DNA of 64,000 nucleotides. Source: Raillietiella orientalis. Lineage: Eukaryota. Where the stretch lies: positions 1,860,001 to 1,924,000 of the forward strand of contig JAYWIR010000016.1 in NCBI GenBank assembly GCA_036172245.1. The letters are read 5' to 3'. Position numbers and translations under genes: made by a program. The notes under the pieces were generated by a model that was not told the DNA's origin, searched no databases, and saw only the letters and a list, made by a program, of their open reading frames with translations. The stretch's first letter is position 1. The number at the start of each line of letters is the position of its first letter. Shown here piece after piece: positions 38,998 through 52,199 of this stretch.

Positions 38998-41599
38998 ACT
39001 TTCAGTACAAGTCTCTTTACTCGTTTCTCCACGCAAACACTCGTGCCCACAGCAAGAGAAAATTTAGCTTTACACAGTAGAGCCAAGTACCGTAAAGTTC
39101 ATTTCTATCATTTATCATATAGCCTAGAATCGGCAAAACACTCGAAAGAAAAACTCATTGGGACCTCGAAAAATTATTGTACATTTAGAAATTCAAGAAT
39201 TTCCTTATTTTCCATTTTTATATTACTCGACTAACTGATCACGATCACTCAGATATTTATAATCCTTCCAAATTTTTCCAGGATTCACACTGCAGTGGAT
39301 TCTTCGGATTCTAGGTAGAGTTTCATGATGTGATGGATTCACGTGTATTGTTCTCATTTTGGTTTTCTTTATCTTTTATGATCCAGCAGACTATTAGGAG
39401 AGTTGATAGAAATAGTGTAGTTTCCCCAGTTTGATAAATACAAGTTGGAGTTATTCAAGCCCATCTTTGAAACAGTTTCCTCTTGAAATATGGCACTCTG
39501 TGTTCTAGGATAGCAGTTCACAGCTTTTTAAATACAGTGAACTGTATTTAAAAGGATGAATAATATAAACCACAAACATAAGTCTAGGAATCGCAATTAA
39601 AACACAAGACATAAGTATTTTGATGTCTTTATTGGTTACTGAATGTTCATATGGATCATATTCTAAAGATCGAATCTCTTTCTACAGTTTTCATCTTCTA
39701 TTGTTTGTATTTCTTTGCAAAGTATAGCGCATATCATTGGTATAGAAATGAAAAGTGTAGAAAGAAAGAATATGTGTCTTTTCCCGGCAATTGTGTACAC
39801 ATTAGATAGAATCCTTGCCTTCAATGTTTTTTTTTTTACACGTGAAAATAATTACTACACTTTTTGGAAAAGTCATTTCTTTCACTTTATAAATCCTTAT
39901 TTCGATGTTTCGCATACCACATTCATTGAATAATATTGATATTCGCTCGTCGTTGCTGACGCCAAATGCTTTGATTGGGGGGGTACAGTTCGTATAAAAT
40001 GAAATAAGTTTTATTAGGATCAGTCGACATTGCAATTCTTTTTTCTGAAATGAATTTTCAATCATATTTCTAACAACTTTTATAAATTCAACAATATTTG
40101 TATAACTGTTAGTAATTTGCTTGTTATCATATCAATAAGAATTAGATGAACAACTGATATTTAACGAAGAGATAGTGAATAACAAATTTGAAATAAATGA
40201 AATGTTCATTAATTTTTCTTCAAATATATATTAAATTATGTTCATGTTGCATGTATTGTTGCTTTGCTTTCATTTCCAAACAACTAATGTTTTACTCTTT
40301 AGAGAAGTAGAACTTTTTTACTTTCTAAAAATGTTAGTGACCAAAACTCTTTGTTTTCTTCAGTCCAATTGCAATCGTTTTTTGTTTCAAATATGCTTTC
40401 AAGGAAATCCCATTTGTATTACATTTCTGACTATGTTATGGCTACAACTAAAATGCATTATCTATTCCAGTTTAAGAAATCCATAACTGCATATTGCCTA
40501 TCAACAAGAAATAGAGTATCAGTTTTGGTGTATTATGTTTTCGATCTTAATTACAAGGTTACCTGAAAGAGTTCAAGGTTCATAATTCATTTCAGATTAT
40601 CATGCAATATCTAATGAAATTAAAACAAATTTCCGAGGGTCCCGGAAGGAATCTTGTACAGCACATCGCTCTACGGAAATAGAGAGAGACGTTGTATGTG
40701 CAAGTGCGAGTTCTAGCTACCACACGACAACATAATGATGAGATTCCGCTTCCTGAAACAAATCAGCAATCTGCGTGTTGGCAAAACTATCGAATATCTC
40801 ATTTGAAACCATAATCCTGTCTTCTGCTTTCGCTAGCGCCTGATTTCGAGTCCCGTCTGTATAAGTGATTGCCTCACTTGGACCTTCGTTTTCTTGGTCC
40901 GTAGCGAGCTATTTCATTCAACTGAATGTGATGCATAAGCACAGTAGAAGCAGTAATTCATTACTGTCAGAACAGGAAATTTTAAATAAGGAATGGGATT
41001 GGGCAGATGGATTTGCTTTGTATAAGGGTCATTGATTAGTCTAACTGTAGATAAGAATAATGAATTTTTAGCATTAATATCAAAGAATTAATCCTCACAG
41101 CACGAGTGTCATTTAAATGATATCCTTCAGCCTTTCAATTTAGAGAAGAACGAAAATTGCCGAAAAGTATACATTACATCTTTTTTCAGCATAACTATGA
41201 TGATCATTGTATGAAAGTTTGAGACTTATTCCATTTCGTTATTAAATATGCACCAGGATAATCAACAGAACTGATAAAGTTTGTACAAGTAAACTGAATC
41301 GTTTCAAAATTCTCTAAAAATGAAAATTTTCAAGTTTATATGGCTACCTATGCGCTTTATAAAGCTCGCGAGGAAAACAAGATAAATTTTCGTTGTAGTT
41401 ATCAGATTGCAGCTCTTTGTATGCTTGATGCTGTACGCTGAACGCTTGGAGCCATACTATAGGGCGGTGATATGAAGTATGGCACGCCAGTTATTGGCAA
41501 CAGGTGATAAGTTGAAGACTTAGTAATCAGGACTCCATGTATATACAATGGCCACTAAGAAAGGATCGGAGATCCTGTGAGGCCAACACGGAAACTGCA

Positions 41600-42080
41600 G
41601 ATAGCCAACTGAAATTCAAAGTGTCTCGTCTTGAAGTGTGTAATTACACGGATCAAATTGGAAAAAATAAGAGAATATACCCAGACTATTCAGTTGTGGT
41701 CAATACATGTTAGGTGGCAGAGACCAAAGCAACCATCTTCCTGACAAAGTGGAGACAAAGCACCTTATTACCCAAACATAATATAAGTATGCAGCTGTTT
41801 CTGTAGATGTATATCAGGGGGCATATAAAGAAGTCCAAATGACAACTGATGAAGTCTCATACTCGGACGGATGGACGACTTTGTCTTTCATAGTATGGAA
41901 AAAGCTGGGAATGTGTCCATGAATTTTCTGAAGCAATTTTCAAAAGGTACAACCAAAGTCATGTGCCATGAAATGACTGCCACTACAAGTGGTCTCTTTC
42001 TATCAGGAGGCTTACTAAAGAAATTCCTGGGTGTTGATTTAATAGAACAATTAAAATGGACTGTCGCCATTGCTTAATTA
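41600..42080 (+). mobile_element. Possible Penelope-like RT remnant
   Basis: GDKAPYYPNI and GRMDDFVF...NFLKQF...E...GLFLS show spacing like Penelope RT (MGSPLAP..ANI; RYVDD...FL..LN...E...PFLD). Weak and stop-ridden. Confidence 0.3.
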
Positions 42081-42325
42081 AGCAGAAATCGCTTTCTGTA
42101 ATAAGACAAATGACATCGCGATGGGCAATCAATTTTTTTTTTACCTGTAGAGAATAATTGATCGTGCAGCTACAGTCACATCAGAAATTCCTCTATGGCA
42201 TGCAAGTGAGACAGATTATTGTCTGGATCCCTCTAGTTAACCTCAGTTCTTTTTGAATTTCAATATCAAAGCAAAAAAAGTCAAATTAGTTCATGCATTA
42301 GCCTTGTTTTTCTTTAATTCCATGA

Positions 42326-45040
42326 TTCTCCCGGATGCTCCCAGGTGCATTTGGAATGAGGGGACTGGTCCAAGACGTTAGGTTCTTTCAATCCTTGCCA
42401 GCGAGCTCCTCCTTATTCCTGTCTAGATGGGTTCACCTCGAGGCGAAATACTGGACTGCGCCTTGGTGTGCGCCCACACGACTCCTCGCCTACAGGGCAA
42501 CCGGCTGCTACGGATTGACCTCAATCCTAGTGGCTAACGACCGTAGCCTGAACCATTGCGGGTTTCAGCTACGGGACATGGTTGCCTTGGTGAGGGGAAA
42601 CCCGTGGATCTCCTGCGTCCCCGCGAACTGGACTACCTGGCTCCAGGAGTCCGTCAAAGATCAACGGCTCCAGCGATGTGGACTTCTCCTGCCTCCGTCG
42701 AGGCAGGTGCGCTGGCCAACCCCTGCAGGAGATCGTTTCCAACCCACGGAAACTTCTGTGGGCTTCATTGACCCCCTTTTCCCCCGTGCTGCCCTCCCTC
42801 AGGGAAGCTAGGGACAGCCAAGAGTAGGCAATGTGGGAAGTGTCCTGCCTCATCGGAGGCAGGAAAAAACTATTAAAGGCGTGGACTTCTCGGGAAATAG
42901 CGGAGACTACAACCCCGTGTGTCCCGCCGAATGGACTTGTGCGCTGGGACGAGCTGCTCGATATACCTCTGAAGGAGGTGAAGTGGCCCCCGGCGTCTTG
43001 GGACAACGGCACCCTCCCTTTGCATTGGCAGGAGACGGAGCTGCTTGTGCTCCATTGGGGACTTTTAAGCAGAGCACGCCTGTCTCACTGGACATTCGGG
43101 AAAATGGAAGACCATTGTGCAGAGTGCGGGAAAAGGCAGGCCTTCCTCCACTTAATACTAGAGTGTGTTGCCCTCCGTCTGATGTGGGATCGACTCTCAT
43201 CGACCCTAAACATTTCGATGGGAGACCCTAAAAACATTTTTCGTCGCCTCCTGATGCGGGACGCCCTGCCAGCCGCAGAGTGTGTTGCAGTTCTCTGCTG
43301 CATACGCGGAATCCTGGAATCATCCGCGTCAAGAAGAGGCCACAAGAATCCGAATGTCATCCACTGGGCAGTCATCTTCAAGGAGAAGGCTTCCCGTTGG
43401 CGCCGACTAAGAAAAATTCTGCCGGCACTTGTTGGCATCCAAGACCGGATGCAGAGGCCTCCCCACGGCGTACCGTGATCCCTTCCCTTCCCTCCCCTCC
43501 CCATAAAACATTGTCCCCCCAAGCGTTTTTTTTTTTTTTTTCTGGTTTTCCCACCCCCTTTGCCAGAGCAGCGGACTTTACCGGCCTGCGGGTCGGTAAG
43601 GACAAGTGCCCCAAGACACTCAGAACCATGTGTTCTGACTGAAGAACAAACGTCAAAAAGACTGAAAAAGATGACTTTATTATGGAATTTTTCTATGTAA
43701 AAATTTTAATAATAAAAGCCCCGGCTTACCCGGGTGAAAAACCTCGACGCGAACCGGATAGGGAAGAGAATGGCTCTCCTGTAGTACCTTCCCCTCTCGA
43801 AGTCGCTCCTGGAAGCAAAAGTACCTTGTAGATAGTATAGCACTGCGACTGAGGCAGTTGGAGACCCGACACTCCTCACAAAGTGCTTCCTTACTATGTC
43901 CATTGGTTTGTTCTCCAGGGTAAGGGGGACACTGAAAAAACCACGTACCCATAGTGTCGGGAGGGCAATACATTTCACTAACAGGTGGAAGAAGGTCTGC
44001 TTTTCCCCACACCTGGAACATTCTGGAGAGACACTTCTTTTATGCAGTGATGGCGGCGGCGGTTTCACGGAGGTGCCCAATGCAACATCAGCAGCGCCGG
44101 CTGCCTCTCCCTAGGGGGAGAAATGAGTTCGTGATCACCATAGGTACCTCCAGCTCTTCCAGAGGGATGCCGAAGAGTTCGCTGCAGTGAATAATTCCAC
44201 TGGGAGGGGTCAAGATTGTTACGGCGTCAGAGAGCTGATGATCAGTCCAGCCACCTAGAGGTTTCCTGCTACTCCAGATTTTGCAGGAAACCTCCCACCT
44301 CGCCGGCAGGCGAGTGCAGTGTATCTCGAAAGCGGAGGGCACTGTTGCAGCGAAGAGGGTGGCTGACGGACTGGTCAGGAGCGTCAGCTCACTGCTCACC
44401 GCCTCCACGGCTCTTCCGGTGTTCTGGATGTATTGCCTGCACTTGGAGCCTTCATTCGTGGGATTCGTGATCACGATCCACGTTCGAACTGTCTCCTGGT
44501 GCAAGGCAGCAGGAGATTCACTGGTGTGATCTTGCGAGGGTGACTACTTGCTGGAGAGGGAAGCCGTAGGTGGGCCAGGTTCCGGCGACTGCTAGAAAGC
44601 AGGATCGCTATCCTTCTCAGCCAGACGCTCCCTGGGCGAACAGAAGCGCCGGAAAGCATCAGTGCGCCGACCAGTATGTGGCCAGCAAGACTGCTCTCTT
44701 GAACTGGAACTTGCGCTCCATTCGCTATAGAGTCAAGAGGCTCAGTCCACCATCCCAGCGCAAAGTAAACAAGTCTTTCAATCGGACCGTGTTCTCTACA
44801 GTGTTTTTCGTAGGAGCTCCTCTTTTTCACTTCATTATAGCAGGCAAACAGAAAGCAAAGTCTGGAGAAGGGGGTCACAGAAATTTCCATATGACGGTTC
44901 GTTCTGACAAGGGAAACTTGCTTCCCAGAAATGGGCAAAGCACTGAATCCGCCTTCTGACCAGACTTCCGAAAGGGAGAAGTCCTCCAACCGGATGCAAG
45001 GTGCTTAAAGCACTTGACCGAAGAGATCCCGAGTTTTCAT
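42326..45040 (-). mobile_element. Older 5'-truncated L1/Tx1-type LINE (copy C), split by copy B
   Basis: GISSVKCFKHL, VRLKDLFTLRWDGGLSLL, WEVSCKI, CSRCGEKQTFFHLLVKC. Reading resumes left of B (ASR*THLDRNKEELAG, cf. ADRWSHLGRIRTELAD) and ends in the terminal hairpin at 42330-42345. Confidence 0.85.
42448..43740 (+). mobile_element. 5'-truncated L1/Tx1-type LINE (copy B) with 13-bp TSD, nested antisense in copy C
   Basis: PWCAPTRLLAYRATGC, WEVSCLIGGRKK and CAECGKRQAFLHLILEC closely match copy A. TSD ACCTCGAGGCGAA (42435-42447) / ACCTCGACGCGAA (43741-43753). Confidence 0.92.
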
Positions 45041-46335
45041 TCTGCGACTAGTTTCTTCATTCGCAGTACATTATAAATTACATTTTTTGTTGGGTTTGCA
45101 TAGCGGTTCAAATATTTCTTTGTGAAATAGTTGAAGAATTCAAGACATTAAAGTTGAAAACAAAAAACAAAAGAATAGGCATTCAACTCTTTACTTGGCA
45201 TGAGCATCAAAACAGAGCGATTATGAGAGTTCAGTTATTGAGCGAAGTCATTCCAGGGAATTCAATTTAAAAGCTGCACTAAAACGGTTGTGGAGAGATG
45301 TATAAGAGATAATTAGATAAAAAAATAGTTATTACTATGAAATACAGGCGCTAAATCTATTCAGTATGCGCGCTGACGCATTTTGTACAGCTGAAGACGT
45401 TTCTTGAATAGAAAGGATACATAGAAGTGAATAGTGACGCATTATTCAGTGTCATTAACAAGTAGGAGAATAGAAAACTATCAATACTGACTTAAAATGC
45501 GTAAATTATTTTTGGTGAAACCTGGTAGTTCTTTCCGCAGTCCAAATGAACACACGGAGCTTCATTGTACGTCAAATACAATACTTTACACCTTAAAAAG
45601 TTTCAAGAATTGATGGAATTACTTTCGATAACGTCAATGTATTGTCAGCAGGTAGTGCTTTCTGTTCATTTGTGTAAACGTAGTAGTCGGTATTTTCCAT
45701 CGAACACTGCCAATCTTTAGGATACAAAACGTATAAAAATTAAGTGAAAATCTTGTAGTTACGGTGCGTTTGCAGACTTTCAGTATTATCTTGAGTTTTC
45801 AGTTTCGAATCCTTTATTGTAATTGCTGTGGCGGCTGAAAAGATATTTTAGAGTGCATTAGACAGAATGGTTTACATTCAGTACGGACGTTCTGCTGACA
45901 GAAAAGCTGTCGTACCTTGTTTCATAACTGGTCTTTTCAAATAGAACGAAAGCCGTCAGCAATGGGATCTTGATATCTGTAGATTTCAGTAAATCCAAAA
46001 TCTGAAATCTGTGTCATTTCTGACAGCCAAATTTATGACTAGATACAATTGATTGTACTGAGATAAATGTGATGTGGATTTAATGTGTTTATCAGCTAGA
46101 TTATTCGAGGTCTTTTCATTATTGGAGTTTTTAAGGAAGTGCATGATGCTTTAAGAAACTTACGTGTGTGTGAATTTTTAAAAATTGTACTGTGGTTTCA
46201 GCCTTTTTCTAATTTCATGTTGTAGTCATGGTCTTAATTATTTTGTACCTGTTACAGTATCAATGTTCATAATCTTATCATATGCCATGATGGGATTGCT
46301 GTCCATCTTGATATGTAAAATGTGAAGGAGAAGGC

Positions 46336-49300
46336 ATGAGTGCTAATCAGTTTCCATTTGCCTCAATATTTAAGCTGAACTTGATATTTGGTCTGTACCT
46401 TCTTTTTGCTGTTTTTGTGGGATTCTTCAGTTTGAAAAATAGGTTAGTAATGGTTTTCCATGGGTCTTGTTATTACTGCAAATGTGCTTTAAAATTCAAT
46501 AGAAAATTTTAGTGGGGAATTATCAATTATACTTTCTCATTTGTTATTTTAGTTGCTGTCTCTTTTTGTCATCTCTAATAATAGGTCAAATTTTTGCAAT
46601 TGTATTCACAAGAAAGTATTTCAGGTAAGTGGGAATTAATATATGCGTATGTTTATCATAAAACATTAAAGCAATGAACATCATCTAAAGTAATTACAAC
46701 AATATGAAAATGAAAAAAATGTGTAGAGGAAGTATTTCATAGATTTTTACTAATCATGAAGAAATAATGTGAACTTGTGTGCACCCCCAGGAATTAATTT
46801 TTGGTTTTTCCCAAAAATTTTTGAAAATTATTTTCTGGAGATACACATTTAATGTTTCTTTCGCATTTTTGTGGAACTATGTTGTATCCATCCACTCTCC
46901 TTGAATCTGTATTGGATGCTGTCAGTGCTGTAGGCATTTGAAAACTATTATCTTATAAACTCTCTGTAATTTTATGGTTTATTAGGGCAAAAGCTTAAAT
47001 GATCAAACTGGGAAATTGAATGATGAAAATCCTATGCTATTAAATCATTATCATTGATGTAATTTAAATTCTTCTAGTTAAGACCACAATAAGCATTACT
47101 ACAGCAATCCTTACTTTTTGCTCACTGTTTATAATTTGTCTAAAATTGATTTGTGTAATTCTAAAGTCTCTTTAATTTTTTCAAGATTCTCTAATAGTAT
47201 GTTGCTATTTTTGGTTCATCATATGAGTCTTGTGCTTAATTATTTAATAATTGAAAGGCAGTCATTGCTTTTATTACATATACTTATAACATGCATCGCA
47301 TTTAAATATTGAAATATTTTTAATGAACCAAAATATATTTACAACCAAAAGTTTTGTGACCTAAATTTATTAAAAGTTTTCTAAAAGTATTTTTTTAATT
47401 TGTGAAGGAGCTTCTTTACTAAGAAGCTATGTTTCAGTTTTCAGATATGCTGGAGATCAATTGTTTCTTATTTGTTTTCATAACAGAAAGATCTTTACTG
47501 AATGTTATGTGATTAAGAGCTTAATTTGAAATAATTGTGTTTCCAAAGAGTAACCCAGACAACAGCTGAAGTAGTTCTTTCATTTCAGCAGCACAAGTTT
47601 AACACATGTTCATGGTTATGAACAGAAGAAGCCTAAAAATTATTTCCATAAAATTAAGGATAATTATTTTGTAAAATGTAATGAAAAAGGCATTTCTGAA
47701 TTTGATGTGATGCCATCTTTTGATGAAGATGCTAGATTATCTTCTGATGTTGATTATGAATTGCAAGAAGTATTCAAAGTTTCTGAAAAAATGTGTACTT
47801 AATGATTTTCTTGTAGTTATTAAATTTGTGCCTGCAAAAATTCATACATGAATGGCATCATAAATTGACAGATGATCAGAATTTTATATTTGAACTTCGA
47901 AATTTGTTGCAGTGTGTTTTTATTGTCATAATCAAAAGATTTAAAAAGGTAAAGTTTATATTACCAACAATTTTTCATGTATTTGTGTGTCTTGTATGTC
48001 TATTGTTCCCATCTTTTTACATTTTGTTTTTTACATATTAATTGATTTCAGATATCAGTTGTTGAATTGTTGTGTTACAAGTTTCTACCTTTGGTAGTTT
48101 TTCATCTGAATGCATATATTAATGGAAAAAAATTTGCGAAAAATGAAAATTCTATTGAAGCAATTGTGTGTGAATACTATGGATCTTTAAAGCATAGCAT
48201 TCTTGAGAGTCGTGAGACTGAAATCATATATCTCAAAAATGTTACATCACAGTTCCATTTATTAACTCTTCCTAAGCCATTGCAAAATTCGAGGTAATAT
48301 TCTTTCACATTTTCCTTTTTTTTTCTTTTACATGTATAAAAAGATTGTGCTGTGATTTCTTGCCTTCATTTGCAGCTCCATATTCATTATTTATTACTAA
48401 ATTTGCGTTTTTTCAATTCATAAGCAGTTTTTTGATGCTTTGTGAACAGTAAGCAGTTTTTATTCTGATACTTCTTTCAGTACCATGCAACCAACATTTT
48501 TAGCATCTTTTTTTCAAAGGCTTCATGGTTCTTGATTTTTGTAGCTTAAGCTTTTAATTTACTTTGCATTTCATTTGCTTACTACATTTGTATTATAAAA
48601 AGATTCAAGTTTTATAAAGGCAGGAAATCATGAATAATTAATGATAATGGATTTAATTTTTCTCTTATAAAGATTTCTTTTATTGTGCATGAATCTTCCG
48701 GTTTTTTGTGTTTCACCTGTTTTATCATGCCTTTCTGCCTCTTTTTGTTTTCCCTATTTTTATCTTTTCAGTATGTAGCTTATCATCATTAGTTGTATGT
48801 CTTTTCCTGAATGTGATTTTCAAGTTTTGTGAATAACTGAAAATAAACCAGTGTGTTGCATACACGTGATTAGTGTAAAATATAGTCAAAGCATATTTTT
48901 GGAACTCACCAGTGTTTTTTTTTTTTTAGATTGTGCAGGTTATTTTTTAAGGAAGTTCTTTCTCAAAAATTATTGCTCCCCATTATGGATCAGTTATCAG
49001 ATCCAGATGTTTTGAATTATTTACTGTATCTGGCTTTGGATTCTAAAGTTCCAAAAGCAGACGTTAATTCCCATTTTGCCACTGATGTACCAATACTTCA
49101 AGCTTTTGTTGAAACTTCCTTTTATAATGATAATGTGGTGTGTTTAATTCAGGTGTTACTGTTGCTAAGTTTTCTCATCACTGATTTGCCGTTTGAAGAT
49201 TTACAAATTTACAAATTTATTGCATGTTTCATGCACATACAGTATTTGTGAATATAAAAGTTCCTTTTCAACAGCTCTTATCTTTATCAGCTCTTCCAAC

Positions 49301-51975
49301 ATCACTTAATAGTAGCAGTAAAGCATAGAAAAGTTTGAATTTTTGCCTCTCATCAAATCTGTTCTCCTGTGTGCTTAGCACTCATTTGTTTTTCTACTGT
49401 TCAAAAGAAAAAACTATTTTTCTTTCAATTTTAATATACACTTGCACATTTCTCTGTACACAAAAGTATGCTGCTGTTGTATTAAATATCTGTTTATTCT
49501 GAAATATTTATTTTTTTTCACATTTGTCTTTTGTTGCATCTATTTTCTAGTTTCTCATGTAGCAATTTTATGTATTTATAAGTTTTTAACATAAAATAAT
49601 GTAATGGTTTTGTTCTTTCCTTTTCTTCCAAGAATCACAAGAATCTTACTAGTGTGTTGAAGGATCAACAGTTAATGTTTCATTTCATGAAATTTTTGAA
49701 AAAAGAAAATGCCATCGATATACTGCAGTTTTTTCTTTCAGTTGGTAAGTTTGAACATATTGTATATTCATATACAAAGTATTTTGAATTGGAGATGAAC
49801 TTAGTACCAAAATGCTAAATCCTGACATAAATGATCATCAGAGGGCAGAGCTTGATTTCGAAGCTTATAAAATCTACCAATTTGAGTTGAAGGAAAAGGA
49901 TCTTCACCAAAGACTACTGAAGTTTTCGGATATGTTAAAGTTGGAAACAGGTAATTTGAAGGTTTCTTCAGGAACATCATTTTATAACTCTGTGTGAATC
50001 AAGTTCTTAGTCATAGTGAACAGAAATTACCACTGGATTCAACATGTTTACTATATAAAGCTAGTGAAAAAGCATATCATCTTCTGAGTTACGTGTATCT
50101 GCCAATGTTTTTTAAAAGTTCAATTGTGAGTACGCTCTATGTTTTTTATACTGTACATTGTAATGTAGTGGAAATTTTAGTATTTCAACTTTGTATGTGG
50201 GCACCGAGAAAGAAAGCCTTTCATTCATCATCCCAAGTAAGCTTAGTTTGTGAATATTATTTCTTTTATAAATTTTATCACAAGAAAAATACTTAAATGG
50301 ATTTCAAAATTGCAAACAATTGTGTAAATTCAATGCACATGATTATTCCCAAAGTTGTTATTGCATTATTTGGTTTTAGAAAACACAGTGCACAAAAAGT
50401 ATTCAGAACTGTCAAGAATTATTTTCATAAAACATGTTCAGTTTTATACAGTGAACCAATAGAAGGTTATCCGTGTTTTGTTGAAGAAGCAATTGATATG
50501 ATGGATGAACTCAAGGTGTGTGTAAAGCATTCCTTTTCTATTTTTATTTATTAAAAACTTGTTAAGGTAAATAAGTTATTTGGAAATTTTGATGAAGATA
50601 TGGAAGTTGCATGTAGAGATTTGTCCACATGGGATGTATCCATACTGATGGTAGATACAAGGCATGATTTCAATGACAAACTTTTTTATGTTTTTGTTGT
50701 ACAAGTAGAGAAGGTATATTTTGTACTCTTTTAATTTTGTTTGAATTATTTAATTATAATTAAGCCACCATTTGATGCAAAGGGAAATAGATGGATAGTA
50801 GAAAGGCGTCATAATGAATTTTATGCTTTGGAATCAAAACTGATTGAATTTCATGGGGAACTTAATACCAGTTTACCTTCCAATTGGTTTCCGGTGAGTC
50901 TAAGAGGACAGAATTTTATGAATGCACGCAAACAGGTAACTCATTCATAAGTACAATTAGAGAGTTGTATTACAATAAGTAGGTATTTGAGAAGTTCCTC
51001 AAAGTTCTCTTGAAGGAACCACTACTAAAAAGGAGTGATTTGATATTCAGTTTTCTGACATCTGTAGATGAAGTCACAACAACCTTTTTCCCTGAACTCA
51101 ATTTGGGCCGAATGATTCGGACAGTTCCTCGAATTTTGATTAAAGAGAAAGGTCAACATCTGGAAGAATTTTTGAATGCACTTATAAAATCCGTTGATAA
51201 TTCTTGTTCATACAATAGGTAAAAAGCCTTTTTTTTTTTTTGATGAATTTAAAGATTCACTCTCAATATTTGTGTAATCTGTATCATTTTACTCGAAAAT
51301 GTAAAATTTTCATTAAGCGTATGTTACAGAAAAGTCACTGTTCCTGTGGTGAACACTTGTTTTATCAACCCTAAATTACCCAAAGAAGTCAGAAAAATTT
51401 CTAAAACACTTCCACCACCATTTCCTTGCATTACCATTTCTACAGTGTATGATGCTGTAATGTACCTGGGTGAGATTATAAGATTTTTTCGTTCTTATTG
51501 CGTGTGTAGCAGTGAAATTGTTTTCTGTTCCAGTGTTGATCGAAAAACTTTTATTCTTAACTCATTGCATTTTTCCTACATTAATAGACGGAATAATATG
51601 CTCAAAAATCAATAATTTGGTTAAAAAACTATTTTCATCATCTTCCATTGCATCTGCAGTGAGAAGTTGTGCAGGTATAGCTTTCGATTGCATTGATTGT
51701 TGCACCATATTTCATGTTCAGAATACATTAAATGTGAAGTGCCTTCTCGTACTGATCAGGAAAAAGCTGAAAGAGCCCAAACTGTTGAGAACATGCTCAT
51801 TGGAGCATTTCCATTTTGGCTACATTGTATCATGGATAAACAACATTATCAGGAAGGATGCAAGACCATTTTCAACATGTTCCAACATCCAACTCTAAAT
51901 AAACAGTTATCCTATAAACTCCTAGATACATTACTTTCAGAACTCTTTCCTGAATTTCAATCCAGCAAGTGCTAA
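46336..51975 (+). CDS. SNX14: Sorting nexin-14 (two TM segments, PXA, RGS, PX, Nexin-C), multi-exon
   Basis: Probable ATG 46336 with hydrophobic exons 46336-46442 and 46553-46624. PXA (FIHEWHHKLTDDQNFIFELR; EVLSQKLLLPIMDQLSDPD), RGS (VLKDQQLMFHFMKFLKKENAIDILQFFL), PX (ERRHNEFYALESKLIEFHG), KEKGQHLEEF, C-terminal QHPTLNKQLSYKLLDTLLSELFPE. Confidence 0.93.
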
Positions 51976-51994
51976 ATAAATGAAGCCGAATAAA
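51975..51994 (+). promoter_or_regulatory. Candidate polyadenylation signals of SNX14
   Basis: AATAAA at 51975-51980 (overlapping the stop codon) and 51989-51994. Confidence 0.45.
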
Positions 51995-52199
51995 CATGTA
52001 TGACCCTTCCAATTTTCAATGATTTGTCACAAAGTTCAATGTACAACTTCAAAAAGATTTTCAAAATATATCAATCCCTTTATAAGACCAACAGGTTAAT
52101 TCCTGCTTACGAATCAAATATTGTAAAAAAAAAAAAAAAAACAAAGACACCTCTGCTACAGGAAAAAAAGGTCAACTGCTTTGCAAATGCCGTGAGCTG

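Noticed and set aside
41846..41885. CTGATGA hammerhead-like core
   Set aside because: No GAAA after the putative stem II and no stems I or III.
29445..45040. Copies A and C both 5'-truncated just before the FKYLG motif
   Set aside because: Breakpoints differ by ~30 nt and other copies truncate elsewhere; two cases do not show a hotspot.
45391..45420. CTGAAGA-stem-GATA, resembling Penelope-associated hammerheads
   Set aside because: Core is GATA rather than GAAA, stem closure mismatched, no cleavage triplet or stem III.
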